DNA of 64,000 bases from Chara braunii (Eukaryota; Plantae; Charophyceae): NCBI GenBank assembly GCA_003427395.1, contig BFEA01000001.1:4425331-4489330 (forward strand), given 5' to 3'. The notes under the pieces were generated by a model. That model had not been told where the DNA came from. It searched no databases and saw nothing but the letters and a program-made list of their open reading frames with translations. Position numbers and translations under genes: made by a program. Of the stretch, positions 23,774-36,987 are shown in pieces. Position 1 is the first letter of the stretch. Every line of letters starts with the position of its first letter.

Positions 23774-25914
23774 TAACGGTTGCCTGTTGTTATCCCTACG
23801 GGAATGATATCCGAGTATGGGAAAGTGAGAACTAGGCAAAAAGGAGAAGCTAAACGGCGCCACCTATCGTTGTCCCTGATGAAACGACATCCGGGTATGA
23901 GAAAGTGAGAACTAGGGAAAAAGGAGGAGCTTTCTTTAGACGTATGTGGTTGATTGTTTGATACCTTGACTATCGTTGGAGATATCTGAAGGTTGTGACC
24001 TAAGTGTGAAGCACTGATTATAAACGTATGCGCGGTTTACTTGAGGAAAGAAGTGTTGGTTTATACACTAATATACTCTGATATATATAATAGCTGTTTT
24101 AAGGATTATCCTAAGTATTTTTAGTTGATTGAGCGATACGTTGCACATCTGACGTGACCTTGGTTGAGTTGAGGCAGCATCCGCATTGTTGGGTGTATCC
24201 ACTACTGAAGCAAGCTCAATTAGTAACTGTTAAAGCTACGAGGCTAGTGACCTATTATAGCAGTGATGTGCGCAGCCTACTTTGGGAAGTAAAGACGTTA
24301 AACTGGGGCGTCCCCCCCTGGTCAATTGAACGTCACTTTAGAAGAGGCTTCTGATACGTGAGCGACATGGGTGAGGGGGTGACTGATAAGTGCGAAGTGA
24401 GGGGTTTGATTGCAAAGGTCTTTCCTTGAACTCGAACTGCCAGTGAGTTGTGGTACGATATGTAGTACAATGAATATTGTGCCTTGACCCTCTAATGGTA
24501 TCAGTTGGTGATGAGTTGAGTCACTTGGGGGTTGTCTAGCTGTAACTACCAATAGAGCTTGAGAAGTAGTGGCTACTGGGCTAGAGGTGTGGTTGATCAA
24601 AGAGAGACCTATCTTTTAAGTATATGTGATATGTATATGGTTGTTTTTATGACGATTTTATTTGTGTATCTCCATATGTGTACTTTTATTGTATTTTGAT
24701 GATGTCTGATTAAATACGTACATAGGGATTGCCTTCCGAGAGGACATAGACGTTGCCTGGAACCCACATCTGGCATGGGACCAGAGGTGAATGGGGTGAC
24801 TCGTTTCTATGGAAGGTGGTTCTTTCTGAAGGGGGTTAGTCAGCATGTATAATTTATCCTCAGTGGAAGTGCATTCTTGAATTGTTATTCTTTCACGAAG
24901 GGTTAAGAAAGTAGTTATCGGTCTCAAGAATGATAGTGAGACTCACGCCGAAATTATATTCCTGGTCCATTAGTGGTTTGTTGTTATTTTTCTTATGACA
25001 GGAGAATAAGTACATTATCTGTTGAGAGAGGAGGAAGGGGCTTGTTACCTTGCCGAAACTATGATGGCCACGTGGAACAACTACTACTTAGAGAGAGCGG
25101 TTTTGGAGTAGCGACTTAGGCTCGTCTCACGCTAAGCAGCGCCACCATATTTGTAAAATCGCGGATTCATTGTTCGTTGCCTTGATAAGTATGAATGAGG
25201 TTGTCCATATGACTATGATTAGGGTCGGTAAGGTGTAACCGCTGGAATCAGAGAGGGTTGCGGCGAGGCTTAATCTTTAGAGTTGGACTCAAAAGTCAAA
25301 ATGTTATCTCATGAGGATTACACTGCCCCTCTGTATAAAATGCGTCGCTTAAAAGATGAAGGGGTAACAATTGTATCATGTTATTCACTCATTGCTAGTC
25401 TTATTTTTGCCTTATAAAATCTGGAATACGTTATTGAGAATTATCTTGTTATATAACTGAAAGTTGAGTTGGCTTCATGTTGGTTATTTATGAAGCATAT
25501 GTGTTTTTTAGCTACAACCTTAGTAAATAATTTGTGTTTATCAAACTGTGTATTACTGTTGTGAATATATGTTATTTATCGTGGGTTGTACTGTACTTTG
25601 GATTCATGTTTGGAGTATCCACCTATGTGGCATATGTATATTGTGTCATTCTTTGATAATAGAAACCATAAGTGGTTAATGCCTGAGTTATGATCAGTGA
25701 ATATTTGTGTTTTATGTCAGATGAATATTTGTTTAAAGATTCTCATCGGTATCGCCATTGTTTTGAATAGGTTCTTATGCGCGCTCTCATAATGAGTGTC
25801 GGAGTAATTTAGTGGGATATATTATATTTTTGACTTAGATACGTTTCTCTCGAATCTCGACCCTAACACCGCTCATTGTTCTTCAACCGGTGATAGGCTC
25901 GAAGGAGCTCGAGA

Positions 25915-26970
25915 TGAAAGGATCTCAAGGGAAGATTGGGGTCGAGAAGCTCGCCTCTTGGCTGGGTCTGCGAGATTGGGATCGAGATAACCTACCCAAG
26001 GTTGAGATCGACTTCTTCAAGGACTATCATGTTTTTGACTTCCTTGACAAGTTTGGGCAGATAGCGTCTCACTGCGAATGAAATGAGAAGCATATGCTAA
26101 AGGAGGTTTTAAAGTATATCCATATAGGCTTGAAGGAGGAAGTCGGTGGGTTGGTTAGGAGAGTAGGGTCATCATAGAGGAAGTTCTATAATGACATGTG
26201 GGATACGTACCGGTTAGGTGAGAAACAATTGACCAAAGACGATCTTGAGAAGATAGATTGATACAATAATGTGTCATTAGGGCACTTCCCGATGGAGTAT
26301 TAGCGCGCATCCCGCAAGGTTTGAGCGTTGTCTGAATATGACAAGTGTTTTGTCTTCCTTATGAAATTTACGGATGCAGAGCAGCGAGATGTGATCCGTG
26401 GGACGGAAGGAAGACTTATATGGGACAAAATACGAGAGAACTTCGTAAAAGGCGATTTTGATCAACACCTCTGTCATACTTTGCGGGAAACAAGGAAAAA
26501 AAAGGAGACGCTGGATTATGAGAAGAGTGAACTTGACAAAATGTCAAATGACCTTGCAGCAGGCACCTCTCAGGGTATGAGAGGTGGATTTCAGAAGGAC
26601 GCTAAGGCCGTCAAACGAGATCATATATGGAGTAAAGAGAAGAAAAAAGAGTAATGTGTTGAGAGAAAAGAGGTGCAACTAGAGTGAGGAGTGCTGCAAC
26701 TCATACCTGTGAGAGGACGTTTGACACTCCAAACAAGAAGGGAACAAAAAAGCGAAGGAGTTAGGAATAAATTGGTATAGCCCTACCGCCCACTGCGTCT
26801 GATCTTAAAAAGGAGTGTGACGACAGGGGTACGCCGTCAACTATAAGTCGGACAGGACGAAGGAATAGCAGAGGGCGAGAACGGTTGGCAAAGATAGTAT
26901 GTGCCTGTTGTGGGAAGACTGGACATACCCCTCGTAGATGTAAGATGGCAAAGAAAGGAGTTGAAGGGTG
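25915..26970 (+). pseudogene. Degenerate gag of the subfamily A element
   Basis: Stop-riddled frame with a gag-like FFKDYHVFDFLDKF..W pattern and a CX2CX4HX4C knuckle (CACCGKTGHTPRRC) at 26900-26941. Confidence 0.75.
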
Positions 26971-28599
26971 AGACCGTTGTGCCTTAGGCAAGGGCTTGGT
27001 TCCTCCCAATAACTATCACCAATTTACTTGTCTCATTCATAGCAAGAAAGCGATAGAATGGTGTTAGCAGTCTTGAATGACTTATAAATAACCAATCGGA
27101 AGGTTATGACGATGAGGGAGATTCGGTTGCTAGACTAATAGACAATCATCTGCTTATGTTGCTTTTAAGCCGAGTTTTCAAGTTTTATGAGACATACATT
27201 TCATCTTACATATATTCCTGATTTCATATTAGAATCCTTACCTTTTTGGGGATTGTGCGTACGTTCTAAGTTTTGACTATCCACTCTCTAAGCTGATTTT
27301 AGGTTTTGGAGGTCTTGTAAGGTTCGATTGTTTGTACGTTGACGTCCTTTCATCTTTGCGAAAATGGTTGAGATCGTCTTGTGTGTATCAGTCCCTTAAG
27401 ATTCGTAGGGTATGTTATATAAGGTCTTTTGATTCTAATTGGGACCTGAAATGGTGATGATTTGGGGCTTGTGAAGAATCGAGACCCGAGATAATCTAAT
27501 TCTTTTTTAAAACCATCTTGATATAGGTTTTGATTCCCTCAGATTGCAGAATCGTGCATGTTCTGGTTGTCATTGGCGTTCTCACCGTTGTGGTTTTGTG
27601 AATCTTTCTGTGTTTTATTTTAAATTAATATAATAAAGTGTGTCCGAACCAAAGAGGGTTTGATGAAGTGAAGAAAGTGTTATTTTCATTGAACGATTTC
27701 TGGGAGACTTAAAAAATCCAAAAAAATATATTAAGAGAGAGGTTATGCCCGAGGGCGGCCTAACAAGATTATTGGTTTCATTTGGATTCAACATCAAGTG
27801 AAAGATGCTTAAAGGTTATCTGAACAGTCCATCCATGAGTGGGAGGATGACTGAGATATTTTATGGTTGATTCTCCTTAAAGTGGGAAGGGGTCTTAAAA
27901 GTTTTTTGTGCAATACTCACCCTCAAGAGAGGGAGGGTGGCTTAAAAAGATTTTATGGAGTTAGAGTTTTATCCTCGACCAAATCGGCAACTCCACTTTG
28001 TTGGTTCCCAACTGCTGGTAGGGGTGTCATTTGCGGCAGGGAAACCTGTCAAGTTCGGGAGNNNNNNNNNNNNNNNNNNNNNNNNNNNNNNNNNNNNNNN
28101 NNNNNNNNNNNNNNNNNNNNNNNNNNNNNNNNNNNNNNNNNNNNNNNNNNNNNNNNNNNNNNNNNNNNNNNNNNNNNNNNNNNNNNNNNNNNNNNNNNNN
28201 NNNNNNNNNNNNNNNNNNNNNNNNNNNNNNNNNNNNNNNNNNNNNNNNNNNNNNNNNNNNNNNNNNNNNNNNNNNNNNNNNNNNNNNNNNNNNNNNNNNN
28301 NNNNNNNNNNNNNNNNNNNNNNNNNNNNNNNNNNNNNNNNNNNNNNNNNNNNNNNNNNNNNNNNNNNNNNNNNNNNNNNNNNNNNNNNNNNNNNNNNNNN
28401 NNNNNNNNNNNNNNNNNNNNNNNNNNNNNNNNNNNNNNNNNNNNNNNNNNNNNNNNNNNNNNNNNNNNNNNNNNNNNNNNNNNNNNNNNNNNNNNNNNNN
28501 NNNNNNNNNNNNNNNNNNNNNNNNNNNNNNNNNNNNNNNNNNNNNNNNNNNNNNNNNNNNNNNNNNNNNNNNNNNNNNNNNNNNNNNNNNNNNNNNNNN

Positions 28600-28725
28600 C
28601 TTTTTCGTACCGGGGAGTACAAGACGTACAGGTTCCCGTACAGGTTCCCGTACAGATCCCGTACATAAATTAGCTGTACGTTTCGTACGGAAAGCCCCCG
28701 CACGTGTACTCTATGCAACGTAGGG
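28600..28725. mobile_element. End of a DNA-transposon-like element with CGTAC subterminal repeats, emerging from a gap
   Basis: CGTACAGGTTCC tandem units. The other end would lie in the N gap. Confidence 0.35.
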
Positions 28726-29950
28726 CTTTAGTTCTGGTTGAAAGTGGCGTTGTTGATAAGTGTACAATTTTGAGAAGTACAAACCTTGAGTTTATTTGGA
28801 AGAAAGATTGTGAGAATTTTGTCACTAAGCGAAACTTATGGATGATAAATTATGTGGTGAGAGAGAAGAACCCTAATGATAAAAGTAAGATTCAATGAGG
28901 GGAAAAAAAAATTGTTGGATTTTATTTACTTTTGAAAGCTTAATGAATACCCCCACCTACCCGTCTGATGAGTGATTGAAATGCGTAACTTACATGTGAC
29001 AATAGGGACTGTGAGAATCAGAGAATGGGCTTAACGGGGCCCAACCTAAAAGATACATTTGTGGCATGTGTGATGAGGTCAATCAGTCTAATCTATTGGT
29101 TAGCCGAAAGATTGGAGTCTTTGAGTAATCCCCACAATGGGATGTTCCTTTGGGGAAGAACTCGGAAAGGAGTGTATAGATCAGTTGAGTTTGAGTAATT
29201 GATGTGTGAAAATAAAAGGGGCTAAATAAAGATTGAGATCCTGAATTTTGACTCGCCACTGAATTTGAGTTTTAAATAGTGGTAGGATTATCAGGGTGTC
29301 CGACACGATGAAATATCGTTCAAAGAGACCGGGAGTGATATAGTCTTGAGTTTAACTTTAAATGATTCCCTGTCTAGGGTTTTAGTGGGTGGAAAGTGGT
29401 TTTATCTACTTGTCGAATTAGGGATTGAAGTGAGTCAGTGCTTAGCCAATTATTCGACTGTTATAGATTCCTACTCTTGTTAGGAAAGGGATGGGATTTT
29501 TGACTGCTGATGTTAGCCTAGCTACTTTGAGGAATTAAGGTCCGGAGTTAATATAAATTAATAACCGTTTTAGCTGAAATTGAAAACTCGAGAAAGTTAT
29601 CATATACTTTTTCTGAAGACTAGGTTTAAATGATATTTGGTGTAAGCATCTGTTGTGACAGGGACGTCGCTTAATAAGGTCCGGGTAACATTCCCCGCGC
29701 CCACGCGGTAGACAATATGGCAGTGAATCTACCCAGGTTCTAGCGGGAAATTCCTTCTCCCTGAGTATCGGAGAGATACGGCAGTTACATCGAGCCAATG
29801 AATCCCACTTGCGGAAGAAACTACTGACAACAAAAAATAAATAAAAAATGGTGAATCAAAAGCAAAAAAAACAGCCCATAAACCCCTTCGAGACCCATCA
29901 ACACAAGCAACCGGTCGCCAGTGGCCTGCCCTCAGAATTTCCGGTGCCGC

Positions 29951-32900
29951 TGTCGTGCGAATACCCTTACAAGGGTATCCACACTGGTTTTTACAAGTGA
30001 CATAAAAGAAGTTTGATTTAAAGATTACGTATACCACGTGAGGCGCGGCTGCGTTTGTGGTTTACGTTGACTAGAGTAGAGAGTGTGTGGGCGTGCAGGT
30101 TTAAGGCGCGCGTGATCTCTCTGCCTATTGATGATGGTGAAGCCGGCGTAGTTGTCGGCCCAATTTTATGATTAAAGCCAGGATTAAAAAGATTTTGTCT
30201 CGTGATTGGTTCGCTTGTCTGTGATTTGGGCGTATGTGCGAAGGACGGTGTTGACAACAATGTGATTTTTTTATAGAACTGCGCATTGCAAAATATCAGT
30301 TTATTCTCGTGTCCATCAAGGCTATACCCAGCCTTGAGCCTAGCACTAGCGGTTAGAACGTTGGACTTTCATCAAGGAAATTCAGGGATCGAGATCGAGC
30401 AATGATGACGTGAGGATATCAGAGTAGCGTGAAGGGACCGAGGGGTGAGGGTCCGACGGGGCTATCCCCCTTGGTTTTGCCGTAGACGGCGTCAAGACGG
30501 TACTAGCGGTTCCTTTTTCTCGTTCATCGTATTCTGACGATTAAGGGTCTAAATATATTTATTATTTATTGACGTATTATTATTATTTTGCTTTGACGTT
30601 CCTTGGCTCAGACGCGACGCTGGGTTTGGAGGCCATCACGACGGTCGAGGACCTCAAGCGGGCGCCTCCTTTGGTTGACCGGCGGATTCCTGTATGTTCG
30701 GGGTGCTAGCGGAATTCCTCTTTTTCACCTGATTTGAAGGGCGGACCGGAGAGGTCAATGCACGGAGAGTGGCGGGGTCCGTGGTCGTGGTTTCCCTCGC
30801 TTCCCACTTTGAGAATGTCGGTGGCCTAAAGTAGAAGGGAAACAGAGAACATTCTGAGCAGACTTGTGAGTCTGCACTTTGAGGGTGGTAGGGGTCGTCA
30901 CGGGGCGCGGTCTGTCACCCGCTGTTTGTCGTGGGAGGCTTGGGTGTGAGTACGCTCGTTGGAGCTCGAAAGATGGTGGAGCGTGCCCGGGCGTAGTGGC
31001 TCGACAGCGGTCCAGGGCGCTGTCGGGAGACTGCAGCCGCGTCGTGGCAAGCTGTGGACCGCGGGGAACCCTTTTCCACCCTGGCCCCCAAAGTTTTCAT
31101 TTAAATATTGGCAATCACCAGGCCCCACGTTGCAGGGTCCGCAATAGGTCCTCGCCCCTAGCTCTGTTCGCTGCTAAGAGAATGCGTGAGTGTGACCGCT
31201 TGGACCGAAAATGGGTGGGAAACCCTGCTTGGGTAGACGCTGCAGAAAGGGAACTCCTTGTGGAGATCCGCGGTGGTACTGCTGCACACCGGTCGTCGGC
31301 TGGTATAGGGGCGAAAGACTACTCGGCCCGTCCAGTGGCGGACGTTAAGGTAGCATATGACTGAACGGATCATCTTAGCTCGAGGTTAAGCCTGCACAGT
31401 GTTTGTCTTCGTCATCATTCTCCTCTATCTCCGCTCGCACATACCACGACTACCTGTCCGGGTCCTGTTCCCCCTTCATCGCTGCCTTTACTCTATATTG
31501 TCCGCCAGCCCGTTCGTTCCCTCGTCTCGTTCGTGCCCGTTATCGCTGTCATCATAGCGCTTGGTCACGCAGCCGAGTTGTAGACCTTCTCACTAACTCC
31601 TGCAGATAATTATATATAACTTGAATACTTAAACAGTTCAGGACGACTAGGATGGACAACCTAGTCATATGCCCAAGGAGGAGAAAAGTTGTAGTGCCCT
31701 CTGTTTGTGCATACTCAATGGTTGAGCTAGACATTGTTCCATAAGTTTGGGTGGTTTAGTTTTACGCCTTATGTAAGCTGGGTATAAAGGGATAAATCTT
31801 TGAAAGACTACGAACTATTGTTTGACAAGATTAGTTTTGTGCTGGTGAGAGCACTTACGTTTGTGGTTTGGCCTTGCATGTGATTGAGGGAGATCACTAC
31901 TTAGTTTGAGTTTTCAGTTGACATGTAGTTGCTTTAGATGTTCGCCAAGTGCTATAGTCATAGTAATTAGTTGAATTCCTGCATTTTCTAAGCTAAGTTT
32001 ATTTTACTTAGGTCAATTTCCGCATTTTCAAGGATCATTTATTATACTTGGCTATGTATAAATATTGGTAAGCTACTTTCTCTACGGGAAGCGCTGCCGA
32101 AATTTCTACAAAACCAAGGAGTTAGTCATATTTTGACTTTTCAAAGTTCAACTTGTCTAAATTTTATGTATGACTTAGTAAAAATATGACAAATCTCCTT
32201 TTCTAAGAGGAGTGCTGCCCAAATTTTTGCTGAATCGGAGAGTTTGACAATATTGAATTTTGGGAAGTCAAAGTTATTTCTAAACTTGAACTTAGCTTTG
32301 TATAAATTTTGGAAAGCTACTTTCTCTACGGGAAGCGCTGTCAAAATTTCTACAAAACTAAGGAGTTAGTTAAAATTTTGGCTTGGTTGAACTCAAGTTT
32401 TACTTTAAGTTCTTATCCGACTCAGTATAAATATAAGAAGTCTACTTTTCTAAAGGAGATTCTGCCCAAACTTTTACTAATCCACAGAGTTAGACAAAAC
32501 CTGACTTTTCAGAGTTAGATGTTGTTTTAGTTTTCATATTTCAGTTAACATAAATTCTGAAAAGGACACTTTTCCTACGGGAAGCGCTGCCAAAATTTCT
32601 TTAGTTTAGTGGATTTGGATTATATTTTGACAGCTGGCGATTTTGAAGATCCACTCTGTATAAAAGAGATGCGGTCAGGATCTACCTTTTCTTTAGGTAT
32701 CTGCTTAAGGATAAATTTAGGGTCAGTCAATTAGAACGATTTTTTAGTGAGATCGTGATATGAAGATTATTCTTCATGGACTTATAGGTTTAACGTGGGG
32801 ATTGGTTTGTCTTGTGTTACAGGTCCTCTTGATCGTTTGATTCAAGATTTGGGCTAGATTCAGCTTGATCCTACACCGACCATCTTCTGTTAGCACTGAT

Positions 32901-34869
32901 AACAGGTCGGTTGTCGATTCGTCGGTCTACGACTTAACTCCAATTCAGTCTCAATACCTAACCTAAAAGGCTTTAGCCCTGATGGTATCTATTGTTTGTT
33001 AAGATTTTCACCCGGACTTTTATTGAATGACCATTTAACAAAGGTACTGAGTATTTATTTTTGGAAGGTTGGACAAAGGTTGGGGCTTGCATGACTAAAG
33101 CAAGGGGTATGAGTATAGAGAAGGGTTGAAGTTGACCCTGTGTAGTATGTGGACTTTTTGTTGATTCTTTGATGTGATTGCATGTATGTTTTGTGATTTG
33201 AAACTTCGAAATTGACCGCATGTGTTCACATCCATATATATATATATGGTTGAGAGGAGTCCCCACTGTGATTGTGAGAAGTGACCGTCACATTTTGTCC
33301 CCTTCTAAAATGTATGCGTACGTACCGATGTTTGAGCGTTCGCGTGGCCTAAAGGGCCCATGCTTAAGGGTTCAATTGGGGATGAGACTGAGAGAGGGAA
33401 GAAAACTTCCTTCCCTTATCGTCTTGCTTTGTATATTTTTTTGGTCGGACGTTGGTCCTGAGCCTGCATTCGAGGTCCTTGTCCAGGACGTCCCAGATCG
33501 TAGACTCTACGAGGAAGGGATCACCCCTCGTGCATAGCCTATTTGCCCTGCCCACCGGGACACTCGACCTAAGAGTCGGAGATGCCGCGGGGGTTGCACG
33601 ACTATTTCTTCAGCCGTGCAATATCGTGAAGGGCTCGACCTTACGATTTTTGGACATAGACACTTGAGTGTCGTAAACGGTACTCGGATCCACGAGGGAC
33701 CGCTTGATTATAGGCACGATATAGTACGCCATCATTGCGACTGCTTGCATATTCATGCATTGCTAGTCCATATGGGACGACTTTGCGTCAACCCAATTTT
33801 ATACTAAGTTTTCTCGCACGTCGCCTATCCGATTTCCGCGTCAGAAGGTTATGGGATGGCTACTGAAGAAACTAAGAGTGTTTTGTTGTGTTGTGTGTTT
33901 TGTGTCATTTTGTGTGTGTGTGTGTGTGTTTTATATTTTATATTATTAATTGTTGTGGTGTAACACGTGGTAAGTGAGATACATCCTAGTCGACCGATGA
34001 TAAGTCGTGCTTGGGACTTCAGCCCCCCCAGTGCGTCGGTTCGCGTGCGGGTCTGATAAAGGTGTGAGACCTCGCGTACCCCCTATGTTACAACGAACTA
34101 GAAACGCCCACCTCTGCGATTGCAACTGATTAGCTTTCGTACCGTTGACTGGTAGCTCGGTGACGATACGCCCACCGAAGGGAGGTGACAACTCCCGTAA
34201 GGTGGAGGTAAGTCGTGTCTCACGTTGGTCCTATCCTGTTGTAGGGGCTCGCAAGAGGTATGGCTGACACACTCGGCTGGAGCGGCCTGCGGAGGCTTCA
34301 TGTGTATCGCAACGAGGATTAGACCAGCTCCTGCATGACGAGGCCGGGACACAAGCGGTTATCAAGTAGTCAAAAATTCAGGAATGAAAATTTTGAAGTA
34401 AGAGTTTTGGGCAGTCTGAAAATCGTGAATGGTCCTGAAGTGGTGAAAGGTCCGAAGACCCTGAAAACCACATGTTTAGGCAGGCTGCATCCTGAAGTGG
34501 TGAAGGGTGTCCTGAAGTGGTCAAGTGAGAGTTTTCGGCAGTCTGAAAATCCTGAATGGTCCTGAAGTGGTGCAAGGTTCGAAGACCATGAAAACCACTC
34601 TTCACCATTTGAGGATGCAGCCTACCTAAACAAGTGGTTTTCAGGGTCTTCGAAGCTTTCACCACTTCAGGACCATTCAGGATTTTCAGACCTGAATGGT
34701 CCTGAAGTGGTGAAAGGTCCGAAGACCCTGAAAACCACCTGTTTAGGCAGGTTGCATCCTCAAGTGGTGAAGGGTGTTCTGAAGTGGTGATGAAAAATAC
34801 GACTGTTGTTAACCTTCTCTCGGCTGGGAGGGCCCCGCCCTGCGTGGTGCGGGACCGATGCGCTCGACA
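29951..34869 (+). mobile_element. Internally deleted solo giant LTR
   Basis: TGTCGTGCGAATACCCTTACAAG start and GCGCTCGACA end. The 4-bp TSD CCGC is at 29947-29950 and 34870-34873. Confidence 0.9.
34350..34820 (+). mobile_element. Non-autonomous element made of tandem subrepeats, 9-bp TSD (Mutator-like), copy 1
   Basis: Interrupts the LTR 3' end. TSD AGGCCGGGA/CGGCTGGGA. Repeated CCTGAAGTGGTGAA units. Confidence 0.75.
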
Positions 34870-35159
34870 CCGCCCATAAATTGCAGTCCCAGACGGATTC
34901 CCCACCCCTTTACCCCCCCTCTCTTAATCCTGCCAGCTTCCCAACTACAATCACAACCAGTATGTGCCCAACGACCACCACGCTGCTTGACACAATACGA
35001 CAAAAGTCAAGGGCGGTAAACGCAGCCCCTACGGGCTGCGAAATGCGACTGGTATAGTGCAGCTTCCTGGCTACGAACAAAGCGGGTTGCTCTAAGGGAT
35101 GGACCCCACTGCTCGGCGACTGAAAATAGTGGTTGGCCATAAAAAGCGGTAGAAAGACG

Positions 35160-35707
35160 AGAGAAAGTTAACAACAGTCGTATTTTTCATCACGACTTCA
35201 GGATACCCTTCACAACTTCAGGATGCAGTCTGCCTAAATAGGTGGTTTTCAGGGTCCTTGGACCTTTTACCACTTCAGGACACCCTTCACCACTTCAGGA
35301 TGCAGCCTGCCTAAACAAGTGGTTTTCAGGGTCTTCGGACCTTTCACCACTTTAGGACCATTCAGGTCTGAAAATCCTGAATGGTCTTAAAGTGGTGAAA
35401 GCTCCGAAGACCCTGAAAACCACCTGTTTAGGCAGGCTGCATCCTGAAGTGGTGAAGGGTGGTTTTCATGGTCTTCGGACCTTTCACCACTTCAGGACCA
35501 TTCATGATTTTTAGACTGCCAAAAACTCTCACTTGACCACTTCAGGACACCCTTCACCACTTCAGGATGCAGCCTGCCTAAACAGGTGGTTTTCAACGTT
35601 TTCGGACCTTTCAACACTTCAGGACCATTTAGGATTTTCAAACTGCCCAAAACTCTTACTTCATAATTTTCATTCCTGAATTTTCAGCTACCCGATAACC
35701 GCTTGTG
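35160..35707 (-). mobile_element. Same element, copy 2, inverted
   Basis: Ends are the reverse complement of copy 1. TSD AGAAAGACG/GGAAAGACG. Confidence 0.75.
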
Positions 35708-36930
35708 GGAAAGACGGCGGAAAGACTTTGGCGGGTTTCCGTGGGACCCCGCCAGCAAAGTATTTCCAAAGCTCTGGAAACAGCAAAACATAACCAAAAA
35801 GGAAAAGTCGGAGGGTTTCCCTCTCGAAAAGGAAAGTTGGGATGGAATTGCGGTGCACAAAATTCGTCCATCCCTGGACGAGGATATGTCCGTGTGCGAC
35901 ACTGCGTGGCAGTGTATGATGTGTGGCGTCAAATAGGTGGCGGGGTACTTCGGTCACCTGTCCCCGGTGTCAGTGCGAATACCCTTACAAGGGTATCCGC
36001 CCTGGTTTTTGCAAGTGACAGAAAATAGTTTGGTTTAGAGTTTAAGTGTTCCGCGCGAGGCACGGCTGCGTCTGTATGGTTATGATGGCCGGATGGTTGA
36101 CTAGAACAAAGAGTGTGTGGGCGCGCAGGTTTGAGGCACGCGTGATTCCGTTTCTATCGTTGGTTATAAAGCCGGCGCGGGCGCCAGACGGTTTGTTTCT
36201 ATTTTTAATCTTTATTTTTATTTTTGTTTATTCTTGATTAAACTAGGATTTAAGGGTATTTTTCTTTTGTTGGTACGTTTGATTGAGTTACGCGTGCGCA
36301 CGGAGGACGACCTCGACGGTGGCGACAAAGGCGACAGTGTGACTGCAGTAGGTCTTGGCACGCAGAGTGGCGAGAGTGGCGGCCGTGGTACAGCTTGGTA
36401 AGTCGGCGCAGACGTCGGGCGGCCGCGTGCACGGCTGTAGGCTGAGATGAGGCTCAGACTAATTTTCCTGGCCCTGAGCGCAGCACCGTACTGTCTTATA
36501 TGGCACTCCGCGGATATTAGTCTCAGGCTTGGGCTTAGCCCTATAAGTTACGACACTGGGTTGACGATACAAAGGTCCGGGGATCGAGGCCAGCGGGGCG
36601 TCGGCGCAACGGCAACAGAGCAGCGTGGAGCGAAGCCTGAGGGGTTGAGGGCCCGACGGGGCTATCCCCCTCGGTTTTATCAGGGGGCACAGCGGCGGGC
36701 CCAATCGAGGTGCCAGCAGTCCAGCCGGGTCCCCCGACAATCTGTGTTACTTTGCCTTCTCTATTTTGATTTCACATATTAACTTGTTTTATTTCTTTTT
36801 TTTTTGTTTTCATTATTACCGTTACCGCGGCCCGTTTCGGGATGCAAAGCTGTGGGTGGTGCGGGACCCGGGAACCTGGCTCAGCGGGCACACCATTGAG
36901 CTGTGGAAATGCAGACCTGGGCCTGGCGCG

Positions 36931-36987
36931 GTCCTTCGGGATATCTGTTAAAATTGGAACGATACAGAGGAGATTGGCGTGGGCCCT
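36931..36987 (+). pseudogene. U6 snRNA 5' fragment (~57 nt) inside the 5' LTR
   Basis: GTCCTTCGGGATATCTGTTAAAATTGGAACGATACAGAGGAGATTGGCGTGGGCCCT aligns with U6 nt 1-~60. Confidence 0.9.
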
